From the NCBI GenBank assembly GCA_051294375.1, contig CM119270.1, forward strand, positions 12,399,676-12,463,675: DNA of 64,000 nucleotides. Direction: 5' to 3'. Of the stretch, positions 1 through 12,391 are shown piece after piece; within the stretch, counting starts at the first letter, position 1, and every line of letters starts with the position of its first letter. The position numbers and the translations under genes are program-made. A model generated the notes under the pieces. It searched no databases. It worked only from the letters and a program-made list of their open reading frames with translations, and was not told where the DNA came from. This DNA is from Paraspadella gotoi. Taxonomy: Eukaryota > Animalia > Chaetognatha.

Positions 1-825
1 CAGTGAATGCTTAGGTATGATAAATAATAATAAAGATACAAGTAGAATTATGTAAAAACTGAATAAAAGTAATATAGCTGTGAATATCTAAAATTGAGGA
101 AAATGAATTTTATCCTTTCCAAAGTCGACAGTAGCACCTGAGACTTAAACGGGCGAAAGTCTAAAATAGATGCGGTTGGCGATTCTGGAATGCGTGAGTT
201 GGCTGACCGAAAAAGTGGAATGTGTGACGTTATTTATCTGATTCCACTCTCAATAATGTTTGGTTTGCTAAACTATTTTCCTCGTGAACAACTGAGAAAT
301 CGGAAGGTAATTTAATATTGTTCATGAGTTTCTAAAACCATCCTAATCACAGACGTGCACGATTAAATATTTTTTTAAAATAATTTTTAATAATTTTTAT
401 AAAGCTTAAGAATTACGTAGGAACAGCAACACAGACTCAGCCAAACTTTGTCAAGAAAGAAACAGTAATATCAGCATTCCTCAGATAAATTAATTCATGA
501 TATATTCAGAACTACTTATAGTTAATAGCTATATTTGATTCATTGGAAGGGTATTTTAAACATTTTAAATCCCAAATACGGAAATTTTCGCTATCGTTTG
601 CGTCAGATGGAATTGTGAGATTTAAAATAACGAAGCGTAGGTTTTCATTTTTTTTTTAACGTTAACGCATTTTCGGTAAAGGCATTTGAGATTTGGATTC
701 GTGACCCAAACCGCATCACTTCTTATTCAATCAACCGAACCAAAGACGCGGTCCTAAAACCGTTACGCTAAACTGGCAGTTAAGCCTTCGGTCAGACGAT
801 TTTTCGTTCGATCCAAAATCCGGAT

Positions 826-982
826 TCTCTCTCTCTCTCGCTCTCTCTCTCTCTCCTCGCTCTCTCGCTCTCTTTCTCGCTTTTGCTTTTGCTCTCGCTG
901 TCTCGGTACGGTAGTGGTCAAACAAACTCGTACCGTCCTGCAGCGGTCGTGCTGACGAACGATCGATTCCTTGTCCCAAAGA

Positions 983-1049
<67 letters not shown>
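826..1049. repeat. (CT)n microsatellite tracts
   Basis: Two long CT runs (~826-880 and ~983-1049). They produce the ERERER/LSLSLS ORFs. Confidence 0.95.
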
Positions 1050-1054
<5 letters not shown>

Positions 1055-4000
1055 GTGTGAACGTCCTTCCTCACGTCCGGCTGCGGTTTCGGGACGCAGA
1101 GGTTTGACCGTCGTTGATATTTTGGGAATTAGAATTTGTCTTTGTCGACGTCCCTTGTTGTTTTCCGTTGGTAAAAGTCTTTCCACGTCCGACAATCCAA
1201 AGCGTAATTTCGTTTCGTCGGTCTTAGGATTTCATTCGGTTTCGTCCGTTTCTTGATTTTTTTTTCAGTTTTATTAGATTATTACATTTAATAATTTTAA
1301 TTTCACGCGATTCAGTGTTTCTTTGGGAGGGGGGGGGAAATGTTGGCGTTATGCTTTCGTTGAAAATTCTTCACCCTTCCCCCGCATTCAATGTTTCGAA
1401 GGAATGTAATAATTGTAATAATTGCGGCAATCATGTTATGTTATGTTATGTCGCGGGTGTGCAAGGACGCAAAAAAGACTTGATCAGTCTGTACTACCTA
1501 TCGGACTCGAGCTGAGGAACACCCTGACCCATAACCGGAATGAAGACTGTTGTGAGAAAAAAACTGTTTCCAACTCCGATGATTGAAATTGTTGTTGTTC
1601 ATGTTGTTGTTTGAGAAAAGAGTTTAGTTGATCCCGCCCTTTTTTTTTTTATTTTACGGTAAATTAAATTAAGGTTTAAAAGCTGAAAGTTATTTCGTGA
1701 TATTTCATCGTAACTTCTTCTCATCCTGTTAATCATCGTTAATACCCTTCACCGACCTGTTGTTGTTATTAATGTTTCCGAAGAGATAATACTTGTTTAT
1801 TCTTTTGTTTTCTTGTTTTTTTCGCATGTCCTGCGGCTCCGGTCAAAGTGGGAAAGGAAAACGATTTTTTTTTTGGGGACGCCTACTGATCCGTTAATGA
1901 CGACCACGAAGACGACGACGACAGCGACGACGTCAACGACGACCACGCCAGAGACGACGATGATGGAGAGAGAGACATTGGAATCGCATTGCGGGGTCAA
2001 AGGTCAAATTCGGTCGTTGGGAATTTTCGGTTGAATTCGAGTGAGAACTTGAGAAGAGATTCCGTGAAATAGGTTCGGACTTCAGAGTTATGATCCCACA
2101 AAGATATTTATTTCTAGCGGTATTAAGGAATGGAATATGTTTCGATATAGAAGTTAAAATTGTTTATCCTTATAACAAACGTAAACCAATTAGGTTAGTT
2201 ATAGTCGTTTAAATAGGTAAGTCACAAACTTATATGTTAGTTTCTACTAATAAGTTATTGTTCTCCAATCAGTACTTCTCAGATAGTACTACATATTTCA
2301 TCATATTTCATTCAATTTTATTTTCTGTTTTTATATGTTAGTGTCATGTTAGTGTTATTATTTCGTTCGTTTCTTCTCTCGTTCACGCGATGTTTTGTCT
2401 GTCATTTTCTTAGTCAGTCAATGTGTCAGTCTGTCTGCCTCTCTATTTCAGTACTGTTTAAATTATATAACTATATGCAATATGCATTGTGCAAAGTGCA
2501 GTGCATATTCTGGACATCATCGTTGGCTTCCTCCAATCTCTAGAGCAGGAGAGATGCTCATTTATTTGAAATTGTTTGAAATCGACACGAATTGTCTCTC
2601 GACTCTATGAGCCAATCCATGGTGCTATGAGGCAAAGAAAAGGTAAAGAAATGCAGATTCTCACAAACTTAATACATTTATGATAAAAAGCTTTTGAGTT
2701 AACAGTCGACTTGAAATATTTTAATTTTTAGGTGATGATTTAAACGTTAGAAAGTCTGTCGCCAAATAGTTAATAGTTAATTGTTAATAGTTAATAGTTA
2801 ATAGTTAATAGTGCGTCGCCAAATAATTAACATGAAACGATTTGTTTCTCAATAAAGATTGAAATTTGCTCCTTTCAAGCTTTTAAATTTATATATAAAA
2901 CAAAGTTTGTTTTTTTATAAATAAATGTAATTTGCTTAATCACGAAATCGCTAATTTAAACAAGTATTCGGTCAATTTTTCTGTGAATTTTTATCGCATA
3001 CCGAATCTAGTGAGGTTCGTGAGAAGCGAGAAAGGATCGGTGAGAAAGAGGGTGAGGTGCGGCCAGAGATTTCTGCGTCTGATTGATCAGTGACCACGCA
3101 TTCCATAACTGATTCGGCAGTTGCCTCCTGCTACGGATGATTGGACCCACCCCTCGATCTTTAATTATGATAAACAGTTGTGGTTTCAATCTTTGGGTTT
3201 GGCGCTGACGTCGTTTAGGCAAAATAATTGCGAGAGATTCACGCGTGAAGGTCATCGTCAACGAAACATGTTCAGCTGTTAGTAATCGACTGGTAAAATA
3301 ACTGTTGGTTCGTCCATCGTTAAATAAAATGACTAAAAGTATCTGCACTTCGTTTACCTGGCTAGATCTCTGGCTATTAGTACTAAATGAGTCCTGGTTG
3401 TGAAAACGCCAATATTTTTTTTTTAGGATTTAAGCCTTTTTAGCTAATGTTTTAAAGAAAATGAAGAGGCTTTAATTAACCTTATAGCAATGGGTTAATT
3501 GAAGAACATTGTTTCTCCTTCAAAAAACCTCCAAAGGGGGAAAAAAAACTCCGTCTCTCTCGAAAACGGACGAAGCCAATGAGAGGGCAAAGCAAAAGAG
3601 GAAAAAAAAGCGTTCAAACAAAAAAACCCAAGACGGAGCTTCGACATCTGAGATCCAAGGCCGAGATCCTTGTTTACTTAGCGGAGGTGGACGCACTGGA
3701 CCACAGTCTGGCCCGGACCGCCTCGCGTTCATCCACCATCGCCGCGGAGTGGAGCGATGGAGGGGAGGAGAGTGAGAATTGACCCCCGGGGACCACAACT
3801 GAGGAGACTCGAACGTCCCGACCACAGAGCGAATTGTCCCCTCCCTCCTTCCAGGGCGGACCGAAAAAATGGAGACAACATTTTGAGGGGATTCCCGTCG
3901 TGGGACTTTTAGATCCGATTATAGAGACCAGAAAAAAAAATCGTTTTCCGATGGTGATAATCCATCTTCGCCTCCGCTCGTCTCTCTTCCTTTTCTTTTC

Positions 4001-5624
4001 CGTCTACGCCATTACGAATGAATCGTTTCGAGCTCTAACCTTTTGGCTCTCGAGCCGATTTTTTTTTCATATTGCCAGCGTCTGTGCTATCTTCTTTACC
4101 ATCGTCTTTCTTATTGGGGTGACCGAGAGGGAAAGGATTGCCAGTCCCCTCCGAGTGTGTGGTATCCCGGCACACTTCGTGCGCTCTGTGGGTATGAGAT
4201 ATTTTACCGGAGCTTCTATGGGTGGATGAACCCACACGTCACTCTTATGCAAGAGCCGTTTCGAGTGGTGCGAGAACTCGGGTCTTTTAGGTTCGGAGAT
4301 GAAGCATCGGCAAGAACAGCCTTTTCCGACAGGATGTACTGTTACGTCTTTATTATCTTCTTTGCCAGTTATTGAAATTCATCTTACTACTATTAACCGT
4401 ACCGTATTCGATATCAGTCCCAGACCTCGTCGTATTTATCACCATTTTCGTCCGAACTTTCAATGAAAGTTTCATGGACGATAAATCCAATACCTTTATA
4501 CCATTTTATTTCAAGTAGCACTTTTGTTTTCACTTCACATAAAAAATGTTTTGTCCATTGAAAGTATACTTAAAAATGTATAAATTTTCGTTTGAGCATA
4601 TAATCATTCTAAATTTTTGATTCACTCCATTGAGTGGGGGCTACCTTTACCATTTTATTTCAAGTACCACTTTTGTTTTCACTTCAATAAATAACAATTT
4701 CATTCATTTCTTATTATATATTATATATATATATTTTCACTATCTTTATTCTATTGTACCATCAGCTTAATTTCCTATCCTGTCTTGCCATCTCTGGAAA
4801 CAGGAAAACCGATGAAAGCTCCTTGCTACGCAGCTCGGAGTTTTCAAATAATGAAAATGTTTTTCTTACAAAGCGTAGCAAAAAACAATATTTCATCTTG
4901 ACAACGCTGCACAAGAAAACAAAAAAAACCCACTTTCGTTAAATTGCGTTAAAAATAATAAAAAAAAAATAAAAAAAATAAAAAACGCGACTTTGAAATA
5001 TCTTCCTTGCGTTTTTGCCATAAAATCCGAAAGCCGAGGTCTGCATGAAATTTTTTTTTCGTCTGCCGACGGTAACAGGAGCAAACGGAGAGAGGAGCGA
5101 AAGAAAATAGAGGGCGGTAGGAGCGGAAAAGGGAAAGGCGAAAGGGTAAAAAAAAAAAAACGAACGAAGTTTCTGCGGGATGTCGGCGGGGAAAAAAAAA
5201 AGCCAAAAAAGCGCGAGGTGGAAAAGAAGAGAAGACAAAGGCGAGAGGTAAACAGGAGCCGAACAAACAAAAAGACGGAGACCGGGTATCATAAAACAAA
5301 GTTTGCCGAAGAGCAATAAACTAAATTAAGGGCGTGGGGTGAAAATGCTTTTATTTAATCTGATTTAAGAAAAGTAATATAATGCAACGGATTACGGATT
5401 ATGGAGCCCCAGAAAATAGTGGGTAAATTGTTATAGTATTTCCGTCCCCGAAATGGGACGATTTAAAAAGAAAAAAGGGAGACAAAATGAGAGTAATAAG
5501 AGCGTTGAAACTTTAGAGGAGCAACGGATTCGATAGGAGCAAAAAAAAAAAAGTCGCGTCTCTGAAAGGAAACATAAGATGCAGAAGAGAAAAGCGTCAG
5601 CCGGGATTTCGGGGCGGAGAAGAG

Positions 5625-6100
5625 GAGGATGAGCGAAGAAGGGGGGCGGAATAGAGGAGCGGAGGAGGAAGGGGGCGGGAAGAGGTGGAATTAAGGACTT
5701 GAGGGAGGAAGGGGGGCGGGATGGAGTGGAATTAAGAGTGGAGGGAGGAAGGGGGGCGGGAAGGGGTGGAATTAAGGAGTTGAGGGAGGAAGGGGGCGGG
5801 ATGGAGGTGATTAAGGAGTTGAGGGAGGAAGGGGGGCGGGAAGGAGTGAAATTAAGGAGTGGAGGGTGGAAGGGGCGGGAGGGAGTGGAACTAAGGAGTG
5901 GAGGGGGGAAGTGGGGCGGGAAGGGGTGGAATTAAGGAGTGAAGGGGGAAGGGGGGCGGGAAGGGGTGGAATTAAGGAGTGGAGGGAGGAAGTGAAATAA
6001 AAGGGTTGGATTTAAGATTGGAAAGAGGAATAGAAGTGAGAAGTGGTGGAATTAAGGAGTGGAGGGTGGAGGCTGGAAAGGGGTGGAAATAAATTGAGTG
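5625..6100. repeat. G-rich minisatellite, ~40-bp unit (GGAATTAAGGAGTTGAGGGAGGAAGGGGGGCGGGAAGGGGT-like)
   Basis: About 9-10 degenerate tandem copies of GGAATTAAGGAG...GGGGCGGGA, decaying towards ~6300. Confidence 0.9.
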
Positions 6101-7354
6101 GTTGGAGGAAAGAAGTGTAGAAAAGAGAAGCGGGAAGGGACAGAGGAGGAATGGAGTAGTGGAGGGTGGAAAAGTGGCGGGAAGGGATGGAAATAAATTG
6201 AGTGGATGGAGGAAAGGAGGCAGAAAATAGTTTAGGGTTGGAAAGGAGGAAGAAAGAAGAAACGAGGTGGAATTAAGGAATGGAAGAAAGGACGAAAAGA
6301 CGTGGAAATTAGGATTGACAGGAGGAGTGACAAGGAGTGACAAGGAGTAGGGTTAGAAATGAGTCCATCGGGGTGGTTGGGGACGTCGCGGCCAAACTCT
6401 TCTCCCTTTATCATCATATACCACCTTCTAAAATATTTTCTTTTTCATTCGAAAGGAACGCGGCGGGACACATTCGAACATCGTCAGGGCAACAATCTAT
6501 GGCGACCATTATATTCGGAGAGACGTCGAGTCTATATATATACGTCGCGCAGTTACATCCCGGGGACTAATCGCAGAGAATTTCTATCGGACCCTTTTGT
6601 GTTCCGGGCGAGAAATGGGACGGAGACTTTATGCTACTCTGCGTCACGTGACGACGAATATGCTGCAGTGAAGGAGGTGTGGCACAGTGTGCAATGTGCA
6701 GTTTGATTGCAATGATATGGCGTTGAACTGCGACGTTGAGGACAGAAAGTCTGACTTGACTCTTTTTTTTTTTCTTATGCTTTTGTCGATGCTCAGTCAT
6801 CGTCATAGTCAGCATAGTTGCAGTCGAGACTCAATGAAACACTTTATAGTCGGTCGGTCCGTTGATACGTTGAAATAGATGTATTCGGTATCCTAGCTAC
6901 TTATCCGTTTGTAAATGTATATATAGTTTTCAGTCTGACTGATTGCCTGCCGAGTTTATGTTGGATGCCATGAGTTAATCCCGATAGCGAGTTAAATCTT
7001 TACGCAAAATGAATAAATCAATGAACAAAAATCGATAATGGGACAAGCCTAGACTCAACAATTCTTGGCGTTGCTTGTTGTTAGAGGTTCCGCTTTTTCA
7101 AATGCTTACCTAGCGGTTCGTTTTTTCTGTTTAGTCTGTTGCTTACTCAATTCTTTCGACTTGGAGAATCACTTTATATGCTGATTTTTTGGTTTGTTGA
7201 TGATAATATTGTCAATTTGAGATTTTTTAAACGGTTCAATTTCGCCTGGTACAAAAACACTTTTTCCACGAAGCGGCTTGTTCGATGACTCAGTTAATAA
7301 GGTAAGCGTTCACTCACAAGATCACTGACTGAATCATAGAGACTCAGTGAAGCT

Positions 7355-7355
7355 T

Positions 7356-7415
<60 letters not shown>

Positions 7416-7558
7416 TTCTATCTCTTTAGATTCTCATCGCCAGTAGTTCCTTTCTTCCATCGCCGCATCTCGATCGCCCCCTCCTTAATCTCCTTTTGTC
7501 CGGGTCGAATCAAATTATGTACCTCGTTAAGTCTCTCTCTCTCTCTCTCTCTCTCCAT

Positions 7559-7617
<59 letters not shown>

Positions 7618-7676
7618 ATTTCTGCATATCTTTGACCCTGCCCAAGCAGTGTCTACCTTTCGTTGTCCTCATCTCT

Positions 7677-7745
<69 letters not shown>

Positions 7746-7760
7746 ATCTCTCTCTTCTCC
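7355..7760. repeat. (CT)n microsatellite cluster
   Basis: Several long CT tracts interrupted by short unique spacers. Confidence 0.95.
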
Positions 7761-8239
7761 CGTCCCCCGTCTTTTCATTTTCCTCTCCTTCCGCTTCCAA
7801 GTCGGACGATGAAGCCTCGACTTTCCCTTTGTTTATTCCATTTTTCGTCATTCGTTTTCCCTCATTTTTCCTTTCTGCCCGCCTCTTCCTTTCTTTTTCC
7901 TCTCATCTTTATGGTTTTTTCAATATCTCGTTCTTCCTCGCTTTATCTTCGTTTGTGCGCTTTTTCTTTTCTTTTTCTTTTCTTTTAATATATTCAATCT
8001 TCAACGTTTTTTTCTTCCTTTCTACAAGATTTTTTCGCGTCATTCAATTAGTATTTATAGAATTTTAGCGATTGAAGCGATATTTTTGCCCTTTTCGTCT
8101 TCGTCATAATACTAATTACTTCCGTATACTTCTTTCTTTCTTCTGATCTCTCTCAATTATATATACATATACAATTATACATCATATCTGTTTAATTTAC
8201 TCTCACTTCCACTCTGTATTTCCATAGTTCTATTTTATA

Positions 8240-8445
8240 AAATTGGTACAACCAATATAAAATTATCCATTCATTCAAAAAAAAAAGCTATCTTTCCCCT
8301 AACTTTGGACAGGCTATTAGTGGTTTTAAGGGCCCTCCATCACTGTTACCATGTTACATGACAGGCCCCCGAGAAGCTTTCAATCAAGGGAGTCTTCACA
8401 GTCTCGTTTATTCACTCCCATAGTGCCGAGATCTCTATTCGATCA
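8240..8445. repeat. dispersed repeat, copy 1 (possible short TE remnant)
   Basis: AAATTGGTACAACCAATATAAAATTATCCATTCATT...AAGCTATCTT..CCCT.ACTTTGGACAGGCT...CCTCCATCACT...CACAGTCTCGTTTATTCACTCCCA also occurs at 27588-27790 and partly at 26476-26590. Confidence 0.8.
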
Positions 8446-8819
8446 ATGATGTGCATATATAATATATATATATTATTATTTTATTCTTTATTTCCAAAGC
8501 TCAAACTGATATATTCATAACAGCACTTCACCCTATTTCGCTTTCATTTTTTTCTCCCTCTAAACCCCCTTACTCCCCCATTCTCACCCACCTCCCCAAT
8601 TGCTCCACCCTCTCCCCTTTCCCCACTTCATCTGTTTTCTCCATCTCAAGTCTGTTTCCCTTGTCATTTGTCTTGTTTGTGCTCACCTCTCTCTTTTGCT
8701 CCAAATCTCCACATCTTCTCTCCTTCATTCCTTCATTCCTTCTCTCCATCAAATCCCGTTTTTCTCCTTTCCCTGTCATCGCTTCTCATCCGTTCGTCAT
8801 CTCATCTCATCTCTTTATT

Positions 8820-8936
8820 TTTCTTTCTCTCTCTCTCTCCCTCTTTCTCTCTCCCACTTATTCGCTCCCACTCTCTCTCCTTCTCTCTTTCACTCTTTAT
8901 GGTTGCACTTCGCGTTCGCGCGTCGCGCGCTCTCGA

Positions 8937-8981
<45 letters not shown>

Positions 8982-9060
8982 TCCTTCCCTTCTCTCTCTC
9001 TCTCTCCCTCTCCTCTCTCTCTCTTTCTCCCTCAGTTGCGCGCGCGCGAGAGAGAGAGCA
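8820..9060. repeat. (CT)n tracts with flanking CG-rich runs and (GA)n
   Basis: Direct reading of the sequence. Confidence 0.85.
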
Positions 9061-10871
9061 AGAACCAAAAGCAGAATTTAAAGACTCACGTGCATAGCAT
9101 TTCACTTTCGTCGTCGTCATCGTCGCTCTCATCGTCGTAATCGTCGTCGTTTACGTCATCATCGGATTTTTTTTTCTCTCTGTTTGATCGTTGCCGTCAG
9201 CGTCTTCGTCGTCGTCGTCGTCGCCACCCCCCGTCGTCGTCGTCGTCGTCGTCCCTTTCGTCGACGGTATTGTTTATCGTTTTCTTCGCTTTTTCTTTTC
9301 TCCTTCAAATGGCGTTTTTCCTCCCATTTTTCTCCTCCAAATGGCTGCTTTCCCGCCCATTTTTTTCCTCCTCAAAATGGCGTTATTCCTCCCATTTTTC
9401 ATCGTTTAAACGGTTTTTCCAAAGTCGAAAAGGGTTTTTCTCCCATCAGACCTCATTATCGAACCTGCGTCGCCTTTGACGAGGCGACGATTAAGTCGCC
9501 ATCTTTTTTTTTCTCTCTCTTCTCTTTTTAATCATTAACGACCGAAATATAATCTGAAAGGGAAGCTTGATTGACGACGCCCACGCGCAACGAAAGGAAA
9601 AGCGGGAGAACGACGTCATCAAGAATCACAACAACCGTTGATAATGAATAACGAAGCCAAGCGTACATAAAAGAAAAAATTCCTTTCTTTATGACGTACT
9701 TGTTTGACGCGTAGCTAAGTCAACGACTTTCTTACTCTTTTCTATCTCCTCTGCAAATATTTAGAAATAGACCCGCGCTAAAATGAAGCTACGGCGCCGG
9801 CGCCACATATTCTGTCTCTCTTCGTTTTCCCACCGACTTCTGCCAAGTTTTTGTTCTTGTCCATAATTCAGAAGCCTCCATACAATTTTCCTTTTGAGCT
9901 TGACGTCGGCGGAATTTTCCTTTGATTTTCATTTGCGCTCATTAGAAATTTAATTTTTTATAAAAAAAAAAGTCCTGCGTGCTGAGTTCCGCGTTGCAAA
10001 CGTCGCTGCGTGCTGGCCCGAAATTGAAAACGTCGAAAAAGAAAGGGAAATTTAAGAGAGAAGAGGGGGGGGGAATCGTTGCGTGTGGCGGATTGGCGCC
10101 GCCGAGTTTAGATGAAACAAAAAAAAAGAGAGAAAAAAAAGGAAAACAAAACAAAAAATCTTTGTTTTTTCCTCGGAAGTCGATTCGCCTTTCAATGCAA
10201 CAATTTTGTCGACGCTTTGTCGCTTTTAGATCTTTAAATATATCTAACCTCGACGTTTCCCTTTTTCTTCCCTCCTTTTCCTGTCAATTCTATCAGATGC
10301 CAAAAGAAGAAACGTGACGATTTTACAATCGATTTTCAAAAAAAAAAAAAAAAAAGAAAAAAAAAAACTCAAACAAATCAATATTCTCAAAAAGATGCTA
10401 TGAATAATCGAAAGAGACATTTCGTTCACTCTATTCCGCGCACACTTTTTTAAATCTCGCCCATAAATCATCTTCAAAGGAGCTTCATCCATTATCAATA
10501 ACCTCCCATCTGCAAAACGACCTTCGCCTGTCCTTAATATCCCATCTATAAATCGGCCTCCTTTCGATTCGCCCGCCCACGTTTCCTCTCCGATCCCTCC
10601 TCCCTTTGACATTTCAAACTGATCACCTCATCCACCCCATCGACTGGGGAAAACGTCTCAACTTCTCTAATCATCTCGTTTTCTTCTGGGCCGGGGAAAC
10701 GTCTCACCCACCCCACCCTAATTCACTTCATCCCTTCTCGCCCGGGGGAAAACGTCTCACCCTCCTAAATCACCTCATTCACCACTCGCCCTGTGAAAAC
10801 GTTCCCAACCCACTCCCCCCCCCCTAATCACCCCTCCTCGCCCTTCCGGTTCCACCGAATCGCAAAAGACG

Positions 10872-10959
10872 ATGAAAATGTTGGCGAAGCGATTCGAGGG
10901 TCCTTGGTCGTCGTCGTCGTCGTCGTTCTCATCGTCACTCACTCGGCTGCCAGTCACAG
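10872..10959 (+). CDS. Gene 1 candidate first exon (uncertain)
   Basis: ATG at 10872 and donor ACAG|GTGAAA give phase 1, matching exon 11502. The in-frame peptide (MKMLAKRFEGPWSSSSSS...) is not a good signal peptide. The overlapping frame (SLVVVVVVVLIVTHSAA) is, but has no nearby ATG. Confidence 0.3.
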
Positions 10960-12311
10960 GTGAAAAGGGAAAACCGACGACGTCACTCATCCATTTTTTT
11001 TTCTTTTTTGTCTCCCGCCGTTAGCGTCTTGTTTTTCTGGGTTTTTTTTTTTCTCTATGTGTTTTTTTTTTGACAATGGGTCTTGTTTATGTTTTCTCGA
11101 CGTTTCTACGACTTTTCGATCGACTTTAAATTCCCTCTTTTTTGACAGCGTTCTCTTGTTTACTTTTCACGCGACATCACGCCGACTCTTTTCTCCCCAA
11201 ATATTTACGAACTCAATCGACGCTCGTTAACCTTAATGTCTACGGACGTTGATGTTTTTTCAAGCTACTGTCGTCTCTGAGCTTTTTCTTATTGTCGTAA
11301 CTTTCCTCTGTCGTTAGTTTGTTATCATCTAAGACAACCTTTTATCCATCTTTAAATTTGAGCCTTCCTACCGACGCCTTCTTTCGAGTCTTCGTCATAT
11401 TTCTAATAGACATAACTTTCCTCTGTCATTAGTTTGTCATCATTCTCGACAACCCTTTATCGATTTTTTATTTTGGCAATCGTTATTGGCATTCGTCTCA
11501 GACGCCGACGCCTGCTTTCGAAAATACGTGAAGAAGCACGGCTACTGCAAGAGTCCGTTGAGGGGGAACTTCAAAAACGCCATGGCCTGTTGCAGCAACG
11601 GCAAAGCCCACGGATACGCAGCCAATTTGGTAAGGGCCGTTGAATAGTCAAAAGTTTTGAGACGTCTAGTGGCTAACATTATTACTTATTGTTTATTTTA
11701 TATTGTTTGCAATTCCCAATTGACATACGATACATAGTTACATACTTGATTCTTTTCAGGAGCCTGTACCGACAAAGAAGAAAGGAAACAATAAGGGTTA
11801 CCTCTGTTTCCCGTGCTCGGACATTAAAAAAGAGCTCAAAGGTTGGTTCAATGAAGTCGAGTCAACTGCTCCAAGGTGCGACCAATAAAGTTACGTAATA
11901 CTCAATGGCAAAAAAACAAAACACAGACCCTACTCGGTCCCTAGGCGTATATGAACCGCGGCAAAGGTTATGACCCCTCCATCGATTAGTACCGAATACT
12001 ACGCTACTAATATTTTCGATCCGTGGACATTTTTTGCAGGCACAATCGTGATGGTTATCGTGGGTCGTTTTTGATCCTTTTATCTCTTCGATTAGCGGGA
12101 TCGCTTAACTCATCCTGACAGCAAAACTCATTGCATAAAGACCCATCAATCAGGAAATGACCCTAACAGTCGACGAGTATTCTAGGGGGGGGGTCGAGGA
12201 GGGGAAGGGTAAAGGGGGAGGGGAAGAGGAAAGGGACCGAAATGGGGATTAATAGGCGAGAGAGAAGAAAAGAGAGAGAAAACGAGCGAAGAAGGAGGGG
12301 AAAAGATTGGG

Positions 12312-12391
<80 letters not shown>

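Noticed and set aside
170-250. Possible C/D snoRNA-like stretch ending in CTGA
   Set aside because: No convincing box C or terminal stem.
731-1195. ORFs rich in ERERER / LSLSLS (also at 7.3-9.5, 12.2, 16.2, 23.2, 33.8-37.2 kb)
   Set aside because: They are translations of (AG/CT)n microsatellites, which lack stop codons.
4043-4375. Tudor-like WYPGT motif in a 110-aa ORF
   Set aside because: A five-residue resemblance only, with no supporting splice structure.
4491-4690. ~45-bp direct repeat pair (TACCTTT..CCATTTTATTTCAAGTA.CACTTTTGTTTTCACTTCA); a similar pair at ~11298 and ~11413
   Set aside because: Short local duplications with no internal coding capacity or element hallmarks.
5625-6100. 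CRISPR-like regular repeats (also 19191-19720 and 30138-30270)
   Set aside because: Units are contiguous and degenerate without unique spacers, there are no cas genes, and the context is eukaryotic.
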